From Naegleria gruberi (Eukaryota): a DNA stretch of 64,000 bases. The stretch lies in NCBI GenBank assembly GCA_000004985.1, contig GG738854.1; one strand, given 5' to 3'. Both the position numbers and the translations under genes were made by a program. Shown here piece after piece: positions 19,569 to 30,788 of this stretch. The notes under the pieces are model-generated. The model was not told the origin of the DNA. It searched no databases and worked only from the letters and a program-made list of their open reading frames with translations. The stretch's first letter is position 1. Each line of letters starts with the position of its first letter.

Positions 19569-19649
19569 GCGGTCTTGACCGAGTGGTTAAGGTGATTGAC
19601 TAGAAATCAATTGGGGCGACCCGCACAGGTTCGAATCCTGTAGACCGCG
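19569..19649 (+). tRNA. tRNA-Ser (anticodon AGA), 81 nt, with long variable arm
   Basis: Acceptor GCGGUCU/AGACCGC, D-arm ACCGAGUGGUUAAGGU, anticodon stem AUUGA/UCAAU with loop CUAGAAA, variable arm UGGGGCGACCCGCA, T-arm CAGGUUCGAAUCCUG, discriminator G. Followed by TTTTTTT (pol III terminator). Confidence 0.9.
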
Positions 19650-19983
19650 ATTTTTTTGAGTTACTTTTGAGAACGTTTAATTTAGAATAAGCAAGAAAAA
19701 ACACCAAATTCTAAGTTGAGAGGAATCTGAGATATCAGGAGGGAAACGAATCTTGTTAAGGTTATATCTGCGAAATAGCCCAAGCCAAGTAGATTCAATT
19801 TTTCACTTACTACAGTAATCAAAGGGACCCCTATTGCTGCAAAATTGCAAATTGCACATCAAATTACTGTACGGTCGAATGATACATAGAAAAAAATTGT
19901 CTACATTAATAATTGCTGCGGAGCTGTAATAATTTATTTGCGCAATTTTAGCGGTGATATCATAGTTTAAAGGCTTTGAAAAA

Positions 19984-22407
19984 ATGTCATCACAAGTGAC
20001 TCTGATTTTAGATGTTGTTGACAAAAGGGATGCAACTTTTATAGCTGAATTTTATTCCAATAATTGTAGTTATCAACAATTTGTGAAAATTATTCGTGAA
20101 GAGAGTAAGAATCGTTTGAAATTAAACGAATCCTTTGTAGAATGTTACAAATCAGTCGAGTTGATCTTCCGAGGTCATTTTCTTCCTTTTGATAGTATCA
20201 AGCAAATTACACAAGTGTTTAAATATCCATTCTTGAAGAGTTATCAAAAGATGAATCAAAGAAAGGTCAAATCCTTTTTTAGTTGGAAAGACAAACCAGA
20301 ATCTATTTGGGATAGAATGGAGAAACTAGATGAAATTGTTCGAATTCTTATTAATAATGAAACTGATTACAAATCTATGTATTATATTAATAATTTATTT
20401 AGAGATTATGAAAATCAACCGAGCTTGTTGTTTGTTATTGGATCTCATCCGAAAATGGATTGGGGGCATTTGGTTTCTGCTCTTGCAAAATCTCCCGAGT
20501 TGACCAAACACTTGTTTAACTTTAAATATTATTCATTAAATGCACTACCAGAGAAATTATTCCAAATAAGACATGTAGTTTCAGAATTAGTCAAGAAGGA
20601 CATTTTAGCATTACAATTAGCTACTAATTTTAGAAATGATAGAGAGATTGTTCTTGATGCTTGTAAACACAATCCATTGGCTTTACAATTTGCTAGCTCA
20701 GACTTGAGAAATGATAAGGAATTTGTAATGAAAGTGTTGGGAAGAAGATTTAACACACTGCACTATGTGGGAGAGTCTTTATTATCCGATTCACAAGTAT
20801 TGAGAAGAGGAATGATGTCTGAAAAAGAGTGGAGACATGAAAGATTTGATTCTATGAATACTTTTGAATTGATGGAAGAGATTTTGAAGAATAGACCACT
20901 AATGGTTCTCAAATTTTATCATTTATTGGAGGAGAGGGGTCTTGAATTTAGAATTGACTCAATTTGCAACAATTTCAAAATAATTATTGAAAAGTCTCCG
21001 TTCCAAATTCAAGAAAGCATTCTTTTGAGGAATCAAGTCAATCTTTTTAATTCAATTGAAAATCCAAATGTAGCTCTGAAATTTATTTCCATTGGATATT
21101 GTGAAAGATATCGTGCTTGTAAAGATCATTTGCTCCAGTTAACAAAATCGAAATATCCTCATTTGGAAAATCTTTCAATGGAAACAGAGGAAGAAAAGTA
21201 CATTTTAAAAAACCATTCAAATGGTCTCATTACATGTAAAGAAGAATTGAGAAATGATAAGAACTTTGTACTGAGATATTTTCAATTACACACTAATAGA
21301 AAGAGGATGATTTCCATTATTGGTGTTGGGGAGGCTTTGTTAAATGACCAAGAAATATTGAAAGAATATCTTGTCACTAACGGTATTCCTGTAGATGATG
21401 AGAATAATCTATCATCAGAACTCTTGATGAAACAAATTATTTCAGTCTACCCATTGTCCATTGTAAGATTTTACAAATTTTTACAAAATGAAATAGAGTT
21501 CAATATCACCTCTTTTAATTTCCAAGAACTTTGCAGAACAGCACCACTTATTACCGATCTACAATTTGCTTCACTATTAATATGTAAGAATTATTCTTTT
21601 TATTATAAGCTATCAGATGAACTGAGGAAAGAGACATCTTTTGTTAAGATACTGCTTTTTAAAAATGGGGTGAATATTCATTTTAAAAAACTTCCTTCTA
21701 CTTGTTACTCAGATAGAGAAATAATGACCCATATATTGACAACACCTTCATATCACTATAAGAATGAAAGTGAGTCAATTTGTTGTGCAGTTTGTAAAGC
21801 ATTCCCATTTGATATTGACCTTATGAAACAAGCAGTCAAATGGCATGGACATACACCACTTCCTTACATGCATCACGACCTGTTACTAAATAATAGGGAT
21901 TTCTGTTATTGGTTAATGGACAGTTGTGGCCATCCACAATCATACTTTAAGTATCTTCCAGAAAAAATCAGAACAGATAGGGATTTTATATTTGAATTGC
22001 TTGATGATTTGTATTGGAAAATTGGATATGTGAAAAATATTACAATGGACTTTGTGATGAAATGCATAAGGAAAAACAAAATTTGCTACAAGTATTTTGG
22101 ACAGATATTTAGAGAAAATAGACAAGTAATTGATCTGGCAATGGAAATGGGTGTTCCAATCAAGGAAATTACAGTATGTCAAGCATTTAGTGAGCATTTG
22201 TGGGATAGTTCACCAGATAATTTTGTTGATAATTTGTGCCATCCAGGTTATCAAGTGTTTCTCAATAAGGATCTACTGAGGAGAGCTATTGAAAGAAATT
22301 CTAAAGGTTTTGACAATATTGAAAAATGGAAGAATTATCCTGGATGTGAGTGTTTATCCGAGCAAGATTGGACAGATTTGAAAAAGTTAGCAAGTGCCAT
22401 GGAATAG
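19984..22407 (+). CDS. DUF4116-like repeat protein (807 aa)
   Basis: Single ORF. Repeated modules of the form DREIVLDACKHNPLALQFASSDLRNDKEFVMKVL, LRNDKNFVLRYF, TDRDFIFELL, ENRQVIDLAMEMG. These match the DUF4116 periodicity (D-x-E-hh-L-x-A-h-x-x-N-x-x-A-L-x-h-A-S-x-x-L-x-N-D-K-E-F-V). Confidence 0.5.
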   Translation: MSSQVTLILDVVDKRDATFIAEFYSNNCSYQQFVKIIREESKNRLKLNESFVECYKSVELIFRGHFLPFDSIKQITQVFKYPFLKSYQKMNQRKVKSFFSWKDKPESIWDRMEKLDEIVRILINNETDYKSMYYINNLFRDYENQPSLLFVIGSHPKMDWGHLVSALAKSPELTKHLFNFKYYSLNALPEKLFQIRHVVSELVKKDILALQLATNFRNDREIVLDACKHNPLALQFASSDLRNDKEFVMKVLGRRFNTLHYVGESLLSDSQVLRRGMMSEKEWRHERFDSMNTFELMEEILKNRPLMVLKFYHLLEERGLEFRIDSICNNFKIIIEKSPFQIQESILLRNQVNLFNSIENPNVALKFISIGYCERYRACKDHLLQLTKSKYPHLENLSMETEEEKYILKNHSNGLITCKEELRNDKNFVLRYFQLHTNRKRMISIIGVGEALLNDQEILKEYLVTNGIPVDDENNLSSELLMKQIISVYPLSIVRFYKFLQNEIEFNITSFNFQELCRTAPLITDLQFASLLICKNYSFYYKLSDELRKETSFVKILLFKNGVNIHFKKLPSTCYSDREIMTHILTTPSYHYKNESESICCAVCKAFPFDIDLMKQAVKWHGHTPLPYMHHDLLLNNRDFCYWLMDSCGHPQSYFKYLPEKIRTDRDFIFELLDDLYWKIGYVKNITMDFVMKCIRKNKICYKYFGQIFRENRQVIDLAMEMGVPIKEITVCQAFSEHLWDSSPDNFVDNLCHPGYQVFLNKDLLRRAIERNSKGFDNIEKWKNYPGCECLSEQDWTDLKKLASAME

Positions 22408-22463
22408 TAAAATTGGATGGCAAAATTGGTTTATTATACTTAGTTAAGCAATTTAGTTACTTA

Positions 22464-25400
22464 TTAGAGCTCAATACTGTTGTATCCTTTCATCTCCTCA
22501 AAGTTGAAAATCTTTTCTTTTGGAAGTGATTGTTTCTTTCTAATTAACAAGACAATAACCACGATAATGAGAACTATTACACATAATGTTAAAAAGGCAA
22601 CACATAATCCAAGACCGATTACAGTGGTTTGTTCAGAATGTGATGGTTGGGGTTTGATTGGATCTGAAGATTTTGCAACAATTACCAGATTGTACTCTTC
22701 GTGCAAAATAGTTTCAGCACAATGCAATGTGTAGAGTGAATCAGTATTGGTTATTGCACTACTTCCATAAAATATTCTTTCAGATGTGACATAAACGCAC
22801 TGAAGAGAATTTAAATCAGATATTTTGTTTCCGTATTCGTCACGTAATTTGTTTACGTCGAAAGTGAACATTCTGTCTGTGGAAATATCTGATTTAACAA
22901 TTTGCATAATTGAGAAACTCTTCACCTTAACAAAACCATCCAACCACTTGTCATCATCATCTTGGTATTTCAACATGAACCTAACACCATTATTCAATTG
23001 AGGGAATGATTTGGAGGAGAAGGAGAATTCAAAATAGGTTGATGGAGACAGTTCATACTTTAAGGATCTTTCATAATGTATAGAATAGACTTTACCAATT
23101 TCTCCAATTGGGTTGTTGTAAGCAAATACGGCGAATTTGAGTTTTTGATTGATGGATATATTGATGGATAGTTTCCACGGATCTTTTGACTGTGTGTCAT
23201 CACATTCTAACCAATTGAATTCTTGTTTCTCGTCATCAACAGAAAAAAATCGGTATGAAAATGGATCCAAGTTTCTGTTGATAGAGTTCTTTTCATAGAC
23301 TAAATCTAGCTCAGTATCAATGCTTATACTACTGTATACATTGACTTTACTGGTATCCAAGACGTAAACACCAACCAAAGATAGTGGTTGAAGCTTAGTG
23401 TTTGGAAGTGAATAATCGGAATATTTCCTATTATCAACCATTAGCATATAATTTCCTGTTGATCTGCAGTTTGGATTGAAAGAAATAGTCAATGCATCCA
23501 TAGGTAATACTTGGCTATAGAATGTATCAATATCAGTTGGTATAACAGCATTAATAGAGTTGAGATCCTTAATGTATACATTGCCAACAAATGGCTTGCC
23601 CAATAGAATGAAAGCAAATGTCTCATCTCTGATATCCTCCTGAAGGTCGATCAGTACAAGTTTTTCCTGTGCATCTGAGATTATAATTGGTTGAGATCCA
23701 CTCTCTTCAAACTTTTCAAAGTTTGATTCTTTGAATAAATACCCTCCTTTAATATCTGTAAACCTTATCTTCATAAATTTAAATATGGAAGTTTCAAAAT
23801 CAATGAGGAATTTTCTTCCCTCATCGAATCCATACGTCTCCAATCCATTTCCGTTTTGTTGTAAAAAGCTGTACAATACTGTATAATCATCCGTTCCCTT
23901 CATGTTTGTTGGATTAAAGTTGTTAATTGTAAAGTAAGGTCTGGATTCATAAAGAATTGGCGTGTAATATCTTTGTTTAAAGTAAACTGTAAGATTAATA
24001 TGGCTTCCCAAAGCATAAGAAACTTCTCTCGGATAATTAGCAAAAACAACTTCCCCAATCTCTGCCTTTGATTGTGCATAACTGAACAATCCAAAAGTTC
24101 TCTTTTTATAAACTTTTGAATTGAGTATTGGATCCAAATTGAGGCTGAAACTTGTTTGGGAGAGTCTTGGAATATCATCAGAAATCATTTCAAATAAATT
24201 TCCTTCTGAATTTAGTATGAACAATCTCAGTGAGTATGGATCGACTCCCATCTGTTGGGATGATTCAATATGTACAATGATAGCATTTTGTGAATCATAA
24301 GTTTTCTTCACATTAGTATTGATTTGAACTTGTGTAAAGTCTATATCAAAAACATTTGTGAGTGTGAGACCTGATTGTGAACTTGGGCTATGATTAACGT
24401 CTTTAAATTCCCCAATACTATTATCTATAAATGTATAACTTCCAGTTAGTTGACTATCTGGTTTAAATGAAACTTGAATTTTAGGATTGGATGAAAATTC
24501 CCTGAGTGTTTGAGGGTCAATAGAGCAAGCTGATCTAAAAGAACAAACTTGAATGGAAGGGATTTTTCCAATAACAGCCATGACATATTTTGAATCCTTC
24601 ATTATCTGGTTGCAAGTCAGTATGTATGTGGAAATTGTTCCTAGTGAATTTGAAGACGTAGGATCAATTGTTAGTTGTTTAAAATCAGAATCAGCAGTTG
24701 CGTAAGCGCATTTCAACGAGAAATGATCTACTTTCTTATTACCATATATTATTTCCAATCTGTGATGAATAGATCTAATTTCATCCAACTGGAAAATTCC
24801 CTTATTATCTTCTTCAATTGTGTATGCACCAAGAAGAACATACGAATCTGGAACAGTAACATTACTATCATAACTCGAAACAGTAACTGTAGGTGTTATG
24901 GTTTGGGATGGATCTTGTACGGATGCATTTGGATACAAGATGTGCATTTCAAATTGTTGGAGGTTGTAGAATAAATCTCTTGGGTATTTGAGAGAGACAC
25001 TCTTTGAAAGTTTCTCCTCTGTTGAGGAATAGGCAAAGAATAGCATGAGCTTGGAAATGGAAGTAGCTCCCTTAAACTCATTCAAAGAAACATTAAATTC
25101 CCATGGTCCTTGTGTTGAATTAATGCTATCTGAAGTTGGAAACATTGGAGTAAAATCGAACAGAACTGGAGTCTTGCCAGGTTCAATGGTATATGCTCTT
25201 ACTGAATAAGGGTCAATGTTAATCTTGAATGTTGGAAAAAACTTGATCGTCAGTGTTTGTTTCTTATCAGATAGTGCTGCACTTTCATTCCTTTTCAACT
25301 CCCAAAATAAGGAATATTGACAAGTCAATTGATTTTGAGTAACAATAGCAGGGACATTAATCATCTTGGGATTGGTAAGGAAAGAAAACTTTTGATTTCC

Positions 25401-25670
25401 ACTCCAGTCAAAGTCATCATGATAATGAACCTCAAAATAACCTCTAAAATGTCCCAATTCAAAGAAGTACGTCGGAATTACCTGTGTATCTACATCATGA
25501 ATACTATCCAAGTTATAAAACATGACTTGTTTTTCAAAGCTTTCCCTCACCATCACCAACACCATTATCAATACCAACACTAAACACCACCTACGGCTAT
25601 CAAACAAGTGTGCATGCGTGCGTTCAATCTTTTGCATCTTTATCAAAACGAGAGAGAGGGAATGAAACAA
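22464..25670 (-). CDS. large type I transmembrane glycoprotein (1068 aa): signal/anchor near N-terminus, long N-glycosylation-rich ectodomain, single C-terminal TM (VIGLGLCVAFLTLCVIVLIIVVIVLLI) and short cytoplasmic tail
   Basis: Single long ORF on the minus strand. Many NxS/T sites. The hydrophobic segment is followed by RKKQ stop-transfer residues. No recognisable catalytic motif. Confidence 0.45.
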   Translation of the reverse strand: MFHSLSLVLIKMQKIERTHAHLFDSRRWCLVLVLIMVLVMVRESFEKQVMFYNLDSIHDVDTQVIPTYFFELGHFRGYFEVHYHDDFDWSGNQKFSFLTNPKMINVPAIVTQNQLTCQYSLFWELKRNESAALSDKKQTLTIKFFPTFKINIDPYSVRAYTIEPGKTPVLFDFTPMFPTSDSINSTQGPWEFNVSLNEFKGATSISKLMLFFAYSSTEEKLSKSVSLKYPRDLFYNLQQFEMHILYPNASVQDPSQTITPTVTVSSYDSNVTVPDSYVLLGAYTIEEDNKGIFQLDEIRSIHHRLEIIYGNKKVDHFSLKCAYATADSDFKQLTIDPTSSNSLGTISTYILTCNQIMKDSKYVMAVIGKIPSIQVCSFRSACSIDPQTLREFSSNPKIQVSFKPDSQLTGSYTFIDNSIGEFKDVNHSPSSQSGLTLTNVFDIDFTQVQINTNVKKTYDSQNAIIVHIESSQQMGVDPYSLRLFILNSEGNLFEMISDDIPRLSQTSFSLNLDPILNSKVYKKRTFGLFSYAQSKAEIGEVVFANYPREVSYALGSHINLTVYFKQRYYTPILYESRPYFTINNFNPTNMKGTDDYTVLYSFLQQNGNGLETYGFDEGRKFLIDFETSIFKFMKIRFTDIKGGYLFKESNFEKFEESGSQPIIISDAQEKLVLIDLQEDIRDETFAFILLGKPFVGNVYIKDLNSINAVIPTDIDTFYSQVLPMDALTISFNPNCRSTGNYMLMVDNRKYSDYSLPNTKLQPLSLVGVYVLDTSKVNVYSSISIDTELDLVYEKNSINRNLDPFSYRFFSVDDEKQEFNWLECDDTQSKDPWKLSINISINQKLKFAVFAYNNPIGEIGKVYSIHYERSLKYELSPSTYFEFSFSSKSFPQLNNGVRFMLKYQDDDDKWLDGFVKVKSFSIMQIVKSDISTDRMFTFDVNKLRDEYGNKISDLNSLQCVYVTSERIFYGSSAITNTDSLYTLHCAETILHEEYNLVIVAKSSDPIKPQPSHSEQTTVIGLGLCVAFLTLCVIVLIIVVIVLLIRKKQSLPKEKIFNFEEMKGYNSIEL

Positions 25671-26094
25671 TGACGAGTCGTTGTATTTTTTTTAAGGCTA
25701 GAAAATTTTTATAATGTGGAGATTTTAGCGCGCTGTAAAAAAGATTTAAGGGTTCATTTTGAACCAGTAAATGGTTTACAATGAGTAGTTGATACCAAGT
25801 AGGGATGACTAGAAAGTATTTGTTAAAATATTCTCTCAATGGAAGTTTGCAGAGCTATTAATCTAAAATACTTCTTGTTTCTAATAACTGTTCAGCAAGT
25901 TTTGAAAAGGAAGGCCTTTGATAGAAATCTTCACACCACGAACATTGTACCATGGAAAACAATGAATCAAGAATTGTTAAATACTTTTCAAAAGGATCTT
26001 CCTGACTAATTCCTCAAGGAATGTAAAGCTCTCTGTTGTAAAAAAGGTAGTTTTGATTGTTAATGTAGAACTAGGCTGGTTGAGTAATTCTTTT

Positions 26095-27929
26095 TCAATA
26101 AGTAATACCATTCAATTCTGTTGCAGACTTTCTTTGGAACTGAAATATTTGATTTGTATCTGACAATTCAACATGTACATCAAATTCAGTCAACGATACT
26201 ATTTTCTTAACTGGCTCTTTTGCATTTTCAAATAAACCAATAATAACATTAAATGGCTTTCCAAATTCAGTTTCAAACAGTCGTGAACCAGATAATGCTA
26301 CAGAAACAAGCTCTGGAAATGTGTCATGATCTGATAAAACATCATTACCACAAAAGTTGTTCGAAAAAGATAGTTGATTATTGATTTTTGTTCCTATTGA
26401 AAACACCACCACCAAGAAATGAAGCATAACTATCTTCTATTTGTGTTTTTGATTCAATGCTAAGCTCTGTCTTGAATGTGAAAACTGCGCCACCATATTT
26501 AAGAGCCTTATTAAAAAAGAAATAGGAGCTGGAAAAATAGACCTTCGATGAATACCAGGAATCTACTGCAGCGTAAGCACCTCCATAGACAGCCGTATTG
26601 TTTTCAAAAAACTTGGAAGTTATTAGAAGGATAAAAATTTTTTTCAATACTCACGCTGTTTTGTGATAAAAATCTATGGGCATATCGAGACAGAATTGCT
26701 CCACCTATTAAGGCCGAATTTTTCAGAAATAAACAGTCATTAATTTCAAGTAAGGATTCACGTTGTAAAATTGAGCCACCACCTTCCTCATCTACTTTTT
26801 CAGCAATTGTTGTGAATATTTGCTGATTGTTTATAAACGATGTCTTAAAAATAACTAAATTGTAAATGTTTCGAATAGTGATAGCTGATCCTCCCTTAGT
26901 GTTTGAGTTTCCTTCAAAATTTGAATAGGTAATAACTGCATTTATACCAACGCCTTCCATAAAAAGAGATCCAACAGAGTTACAATCAAGAAACTTTGAT
27001 TCAACAATAATTACAGTAAGAACTGAAAGAGATGATAAATATAGGGAGTGAAATTCATCTTTGGGGACTTTGTTGGAATATCGATAAACATACGCTTTTG
27101 GAATTAAGTGTTGGAATATTTCCAATAAACAGACTGTTCAAAACTATAACTCTCTTTGCTTCTTCAATGTGTATTGTTGAGTTCATAAAACTTGAACCAG
27201 CTATTTCAAACGAAGGAACTGTCCGATCGGTCACTGTTAAATAGGCAATGGCATACTCATATAACCTGCCTTAAATCTCGAATTTCTTATTACAATATAA
27301 AACTGTTTCACAAGATTAAAATGTATCTTTGAACCAAGGTTTAGAATTGTGTTTTCACTAGTTGAAGAGTCAATTGTTTTAAGAAGGTCTAATTTTGATT
27401 GAGTTCCCACAGTTACATTGTCAAGCGTAAGTTTACCACTTATTTCATTAACAAATAATTCTTCAATAACACAATTCTGAATTTCAATTTGACCATCAAA
27501 ATACAGGTTCAACCGTAAATTCAAATTTGAAAATTTAAGAGGAACAAGATCATAATATTTAACAAAGCCTACACAAGATTTTCTTGTTGTCAAGGAAGTA
27601 ATGTGCAGGCTCATAATATTCCAATTATTATTAATAAAACCAACACACATCACATCGTCATCCATAATATTAAATTGTACTGCCAGATTAGATGTATTAG
27701 TACTATTCATCTTCATTAATAAATCAAGTGCATATTTAATTGTATTGCATGGTTTTTTAGCTGATGAACATTTTTCATTATCCAAGCCCTTTCCACTTAA
27801 ATATATTTCCCTTATTTCTTCCTGTAATGCTAAGGAGGAGGAAATTAATAGAATTATAGAAAGGATCATCACCACAATCATCCTTACCATCGAATGGTGA
27901 TGTATTGTGCTGTAGCATGAATTCCTCAT
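26095..27929 (-). CDS. Pmp-like (GGA[ILV] / FxxN repeat) predicted beta-helix secreted protein. Gene is split over four ORFs: two putative introns (about 27256..27134, 123 nt; 26654..26612, 43 nt GTGAGT...AAG) and one frameshift near 26395..26410. Possibly a pseudogene
   Basis: The N-terminal ORF (27929..27237) has a signal peptide MVRMIVVMILSIILLISSSLA. Downstream ORFs carry repeated GGA[ILV] and FxxN modules characteristic of polymorphic-membrane-protein-type beta-helices: GGSAITI, GGGSILQ, FLKNSALIGGAILS, YGGAYAAV, FFFNKALKYGGAVFTF, GGGVFN, FSNNFCGNDVL. The ORF3-to-ORF4 frame change falls in GGTGGTGGTGTTTTCAATAGGAACAAAAATC with no GT..AG solution. Confidence 0.45.
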
Positions 27930-28273
27930 CTCACAATTTTTTAAGTAAGTTTGAGGAGCAATAAGTGAAGATCAACAATTCTCCGATTATAAAGCTCCCC
28001 TTTATGTTCTCTCCCTTTTCAACTCTGAGTTATGTTTTGCAAGATATTACAAATAAATTGCAGAATATCAAGCTTAACAAATGGAACATAGCAAAGGGAT
28101 TCTTCCTTAGTATATCAGATGTACTTCTCTTAATATGGGAGTGCAGATTTAGGTTTAGTTTTAGCTAAACTCTTTTCATCATTCTTTTGAGTTTCATTAT
28201 TATTTACATTGGTTGAATTATTTAGTATATGAAGCCAGCTTGCTGTTGATTAATAGAATTCGGAGAGTAAAAA

Positions 28274-30583
28274 ATGTTTTCACGAGATTGCCCACAAAAT
28301 AAGCAACATAATTCCTCCGAAGAAATTCTTCTTCAACAAGCACAAGATGATGATGAAGATTTAATGATTAACTTTTGTGATTTTGAATTCAATTTAAATT
28401 TACAAAGTCAAATTCAAGACTTGGCACAGATTCGTGAATTTGCAAAAACAATTTCATATTATAAACATCATGATAATAATCGGAATAGTTATGATTTATG
28501 TAATGACGACTGGTTTATGATATTGGATTTTATTCCATTCTTTGAATTTAGCAAATTTGCATTAGTTTGTTCATCATTTGCAGAATTATTGACTTTTAAT
28601 AGAAGATATTTGGTAATGAGAAGAATTTTGAAGGGTTTTCCAATATTGCTGAAGGATCATCACTATTTACCTGTTGAATCATTGGAAATATTGGCAAATA
28701 ATGAAGCACCATCTGATGATCCATCATTTGCCAAGTCAATTTACTCGGACATGATTAATTTTCTATTCGAAAAGAGGAGATACAAAAAGAATATGTGGAA
28801 AAACATTCCTAGTACAAAGATTTTGGAAATGGATCAACAAGTATTCATTTTACCATTTAGAGATTCAATGATTAGAAAAGTATTTAGTGATTTTATTGAT
28901 ATTCCACAAGTTTTGTTGGATGATAGGGATTTTATTTTGAAGTTTTTCAAATCTTTTCCCAAAGCTCCAAGATATTTCACATTCCTCAATTCAAAATTGA
29001 TGCAAGATGAAGAGATTGCCAAGATGGCAGTGCAATCCAATGGATGGTTTATTAGATTTGTTCAAGATCCAACAAGTGAAATTCTTAATACTGCATTCTG
29101 TTCCAGAAAAAGATATATCATTTCATCAACTTCTCACCATACTTTTGAAAGATACAAAGAAAGCTTGATTGAATTTGTGAGAGAGCCATTTTATCATTTG
29201 TTGGAACAGAAATCAATTGTTAATGATTATAGAATGTCTAGAAAGGAATTATTCTTTAAAAGAAATATGATTTTCGATTCCAAATGTGGAAGTAAGAATG
29301 CAGAGTTCTTGTTGCTCTTTTCATTCTTTGAAAAATCACCTGAATTCAAGGGAGTTCTATTATATTTCTACAATGCTAAAACTTCCACTGAAAAATATGA
29401 TCACATTGATGATTTGATTACTGACCTGTTATGTGTTCCAGAGAAATTTCAACCAATTCTATCAAAACCTATGTTAGTTCCTGAAGAATTGAAATGCAAG
29501 ACAAGAGAAATTACCATGTCAACAATGTTGAAAAATATATTGGATGACAATTTCACTTTTGACAATGTAATGACTCATGACAAAAAGAAGCTTACTACAT
29601 CAAGTATTGAATATCTAAGGGAAAGATTGATCCAAAAAATGAAACCGACACCACTCTTTACAGGAATGTATTTCGGTAAGAAAGTTGAAAATATTGATTG
29701 TGAAAACGAAAGTGAAAAAATCAAATTATTGAATGAAATATCAAAATGTAGGGGATTGAATATGAAAATGTTGAAATATTACCCAAAACATTACGTACTT
29801 TTAGATGAGGAAATCAAACAGGACGAAGAGTTTAAAAGAATTGCAATGAGATGTTTAAAATTCAATGCTCAATACTTTGACTTTTCCAAAGATGATATGC
29901 TTGTATTATTACTCTCAGCTAATGTGAAGGTATCTGTTGAATATTTGAAAAAACAGTCAAACTGGAGCTCAACTTTGGAAAGAATCAATAATATTTTCAC
30001 AACAAATGGAAGAATTCGCTCAAATTGGTTAACTTGGCCACAAGTTTATTGCTTGTACAGGTTTTTACTCTGCTACTCATTCAACAGAGATAAATTATTC
30101 ACATTAGAAGATCAAGTGAAAATGATTGATTACATCCCACCTAAACACAAGAAACTCCTTTTGGAATATAGTTATGAGGAGTGCTTGATGGAAAAAATCA
30201 GATTGAAAAACCTAGTCCAGTTTGATTTCTATGATTCAAGAGTATTTCTCTTTGGATTCAGATATATGATTAGTTATAAATCAATTAATGCCATATGTAG
30301 AGTAGTTGATGGTTCATTGATAAAATTCCAACAATCAGATAGACTCCTCTCAGAAATTTTGAAAGTGACACCCAAATTTATTAAGGTATTCATGGAAAAA
30401 AGACCTAAAATTTATAGGAAAGTAATTCTCCCTCCCTATCCAGTTGAATTGGTGATAAAGCTTGCATTGGAAAATCCAAGAATTATTCACTATCTTCCAA
30501 GAAATATTCAAAGTCACCCCTTACTACTTTGTGGGTTGATGGGGATTTATAGAGGTCAACATAATTCGACCACTGGAATGTGA
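28274..30583 (+). CDS. F-box-like / DUF4116-like repeat protein (769 aa), paralogous in repeat content to 19984..22407
   Basis: N-terminal DDWFMILDFIPFFEFSKFALVCSSFAELL (F-box-like). Repeats DEEIAKMAVQSNGWFIRFVQDP, LLDDRDFILKFF, QDEEFKRIAMRCLKFNAQYFDF. Single ORF with ATG at 28274. Confidence 0.5.
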   Translation: MFSRDCPQNKQHNSSEEILLQQAQDDDEDLMINFCDFEFNLNLQSQIQDLAQIREFAKTISYYKHHDNNRNSYDLCNDDWFMILDFIPFFEFSKFALVCSSFAELLTFNRRYLVMRRILKGFPILLKDHHYLPVESLEILANNEAPSDDPSFAKSIYSDMINFLFEKRRYKKNMWKNIPSTKILEMDQQVFILPFRDSMIRKVFSDFIDIPQVLLDDRDFILKFFKSFPKAPRYFTFLNSKLMQDEEIAKMAVQSNGWFIRFVQDPTSEILNTAFCSRKRYIISSTSHHTFERYKESLIEFVREPFYHLLEQKSIVNDYRMSRKELFFKRNMIFDSKCGSKNAEFLLLFSFFEKSPEFKGVLLYFYNAKTSTEKYDHIDDLITDLLCVPEKFQPILSKPMLVPEELKCKTREITMSTMLKNILDDNFTFDNVMTHDKKKLTTSSIEYLRERLIQKMKPTPLFTGMYFGKKVENIDCENESEKIKLLNEISKCRGLNMKMLKYYPKHYVLLDEEIKQDEEFKRIAMRCLKFNAQYFDFSKDDMLVLLLSANVKVSVEYLKKQSNWSSTLERINNIFTTNGRIRSNWLTWPQVYCLYRFLLCYSFNRDKLFTLEDQVKMIDYIPPKHKKLLLEYSYEECLMEKIRLKNLVQFDFYDSRVFLFGFRYMISYKSINAICRVVDGSLIKFQQSDRLLSEILKVTPKFIKVFMEKRPKIYRKVILPPYPVELVIKLALENPRIIHYLPRNIQSHPLLLCGLMGIYRGQHNSTTGM

Positions 30584-30788
30584 AAAAGACAGTAGTTACT
30601 AATACTGATGTTTCAACATTAATGCGCACAAATTTCAGCACATCTCCGGACCTGCTTTCTCCAAGCAATACTACGCATAGGATGTCCTAAATTGTCCTCA
30701 TCTACTATTGTTCAAATGAAAACACTATTTAAACAATGATGAGCAACAGCAGTCTTTTCCACAAACAAACAATAACAAATATCAAAAA

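Noticed and set aside
19984-20024. Track ORF 19803..20024 (minus) and other small ORFs (60-100 aa) scattered in intergenic or antisense positions
   Set aside because: No domain, biased nonsense composition, overlap with better-supported genes on the opposite strand. Treated as noise.
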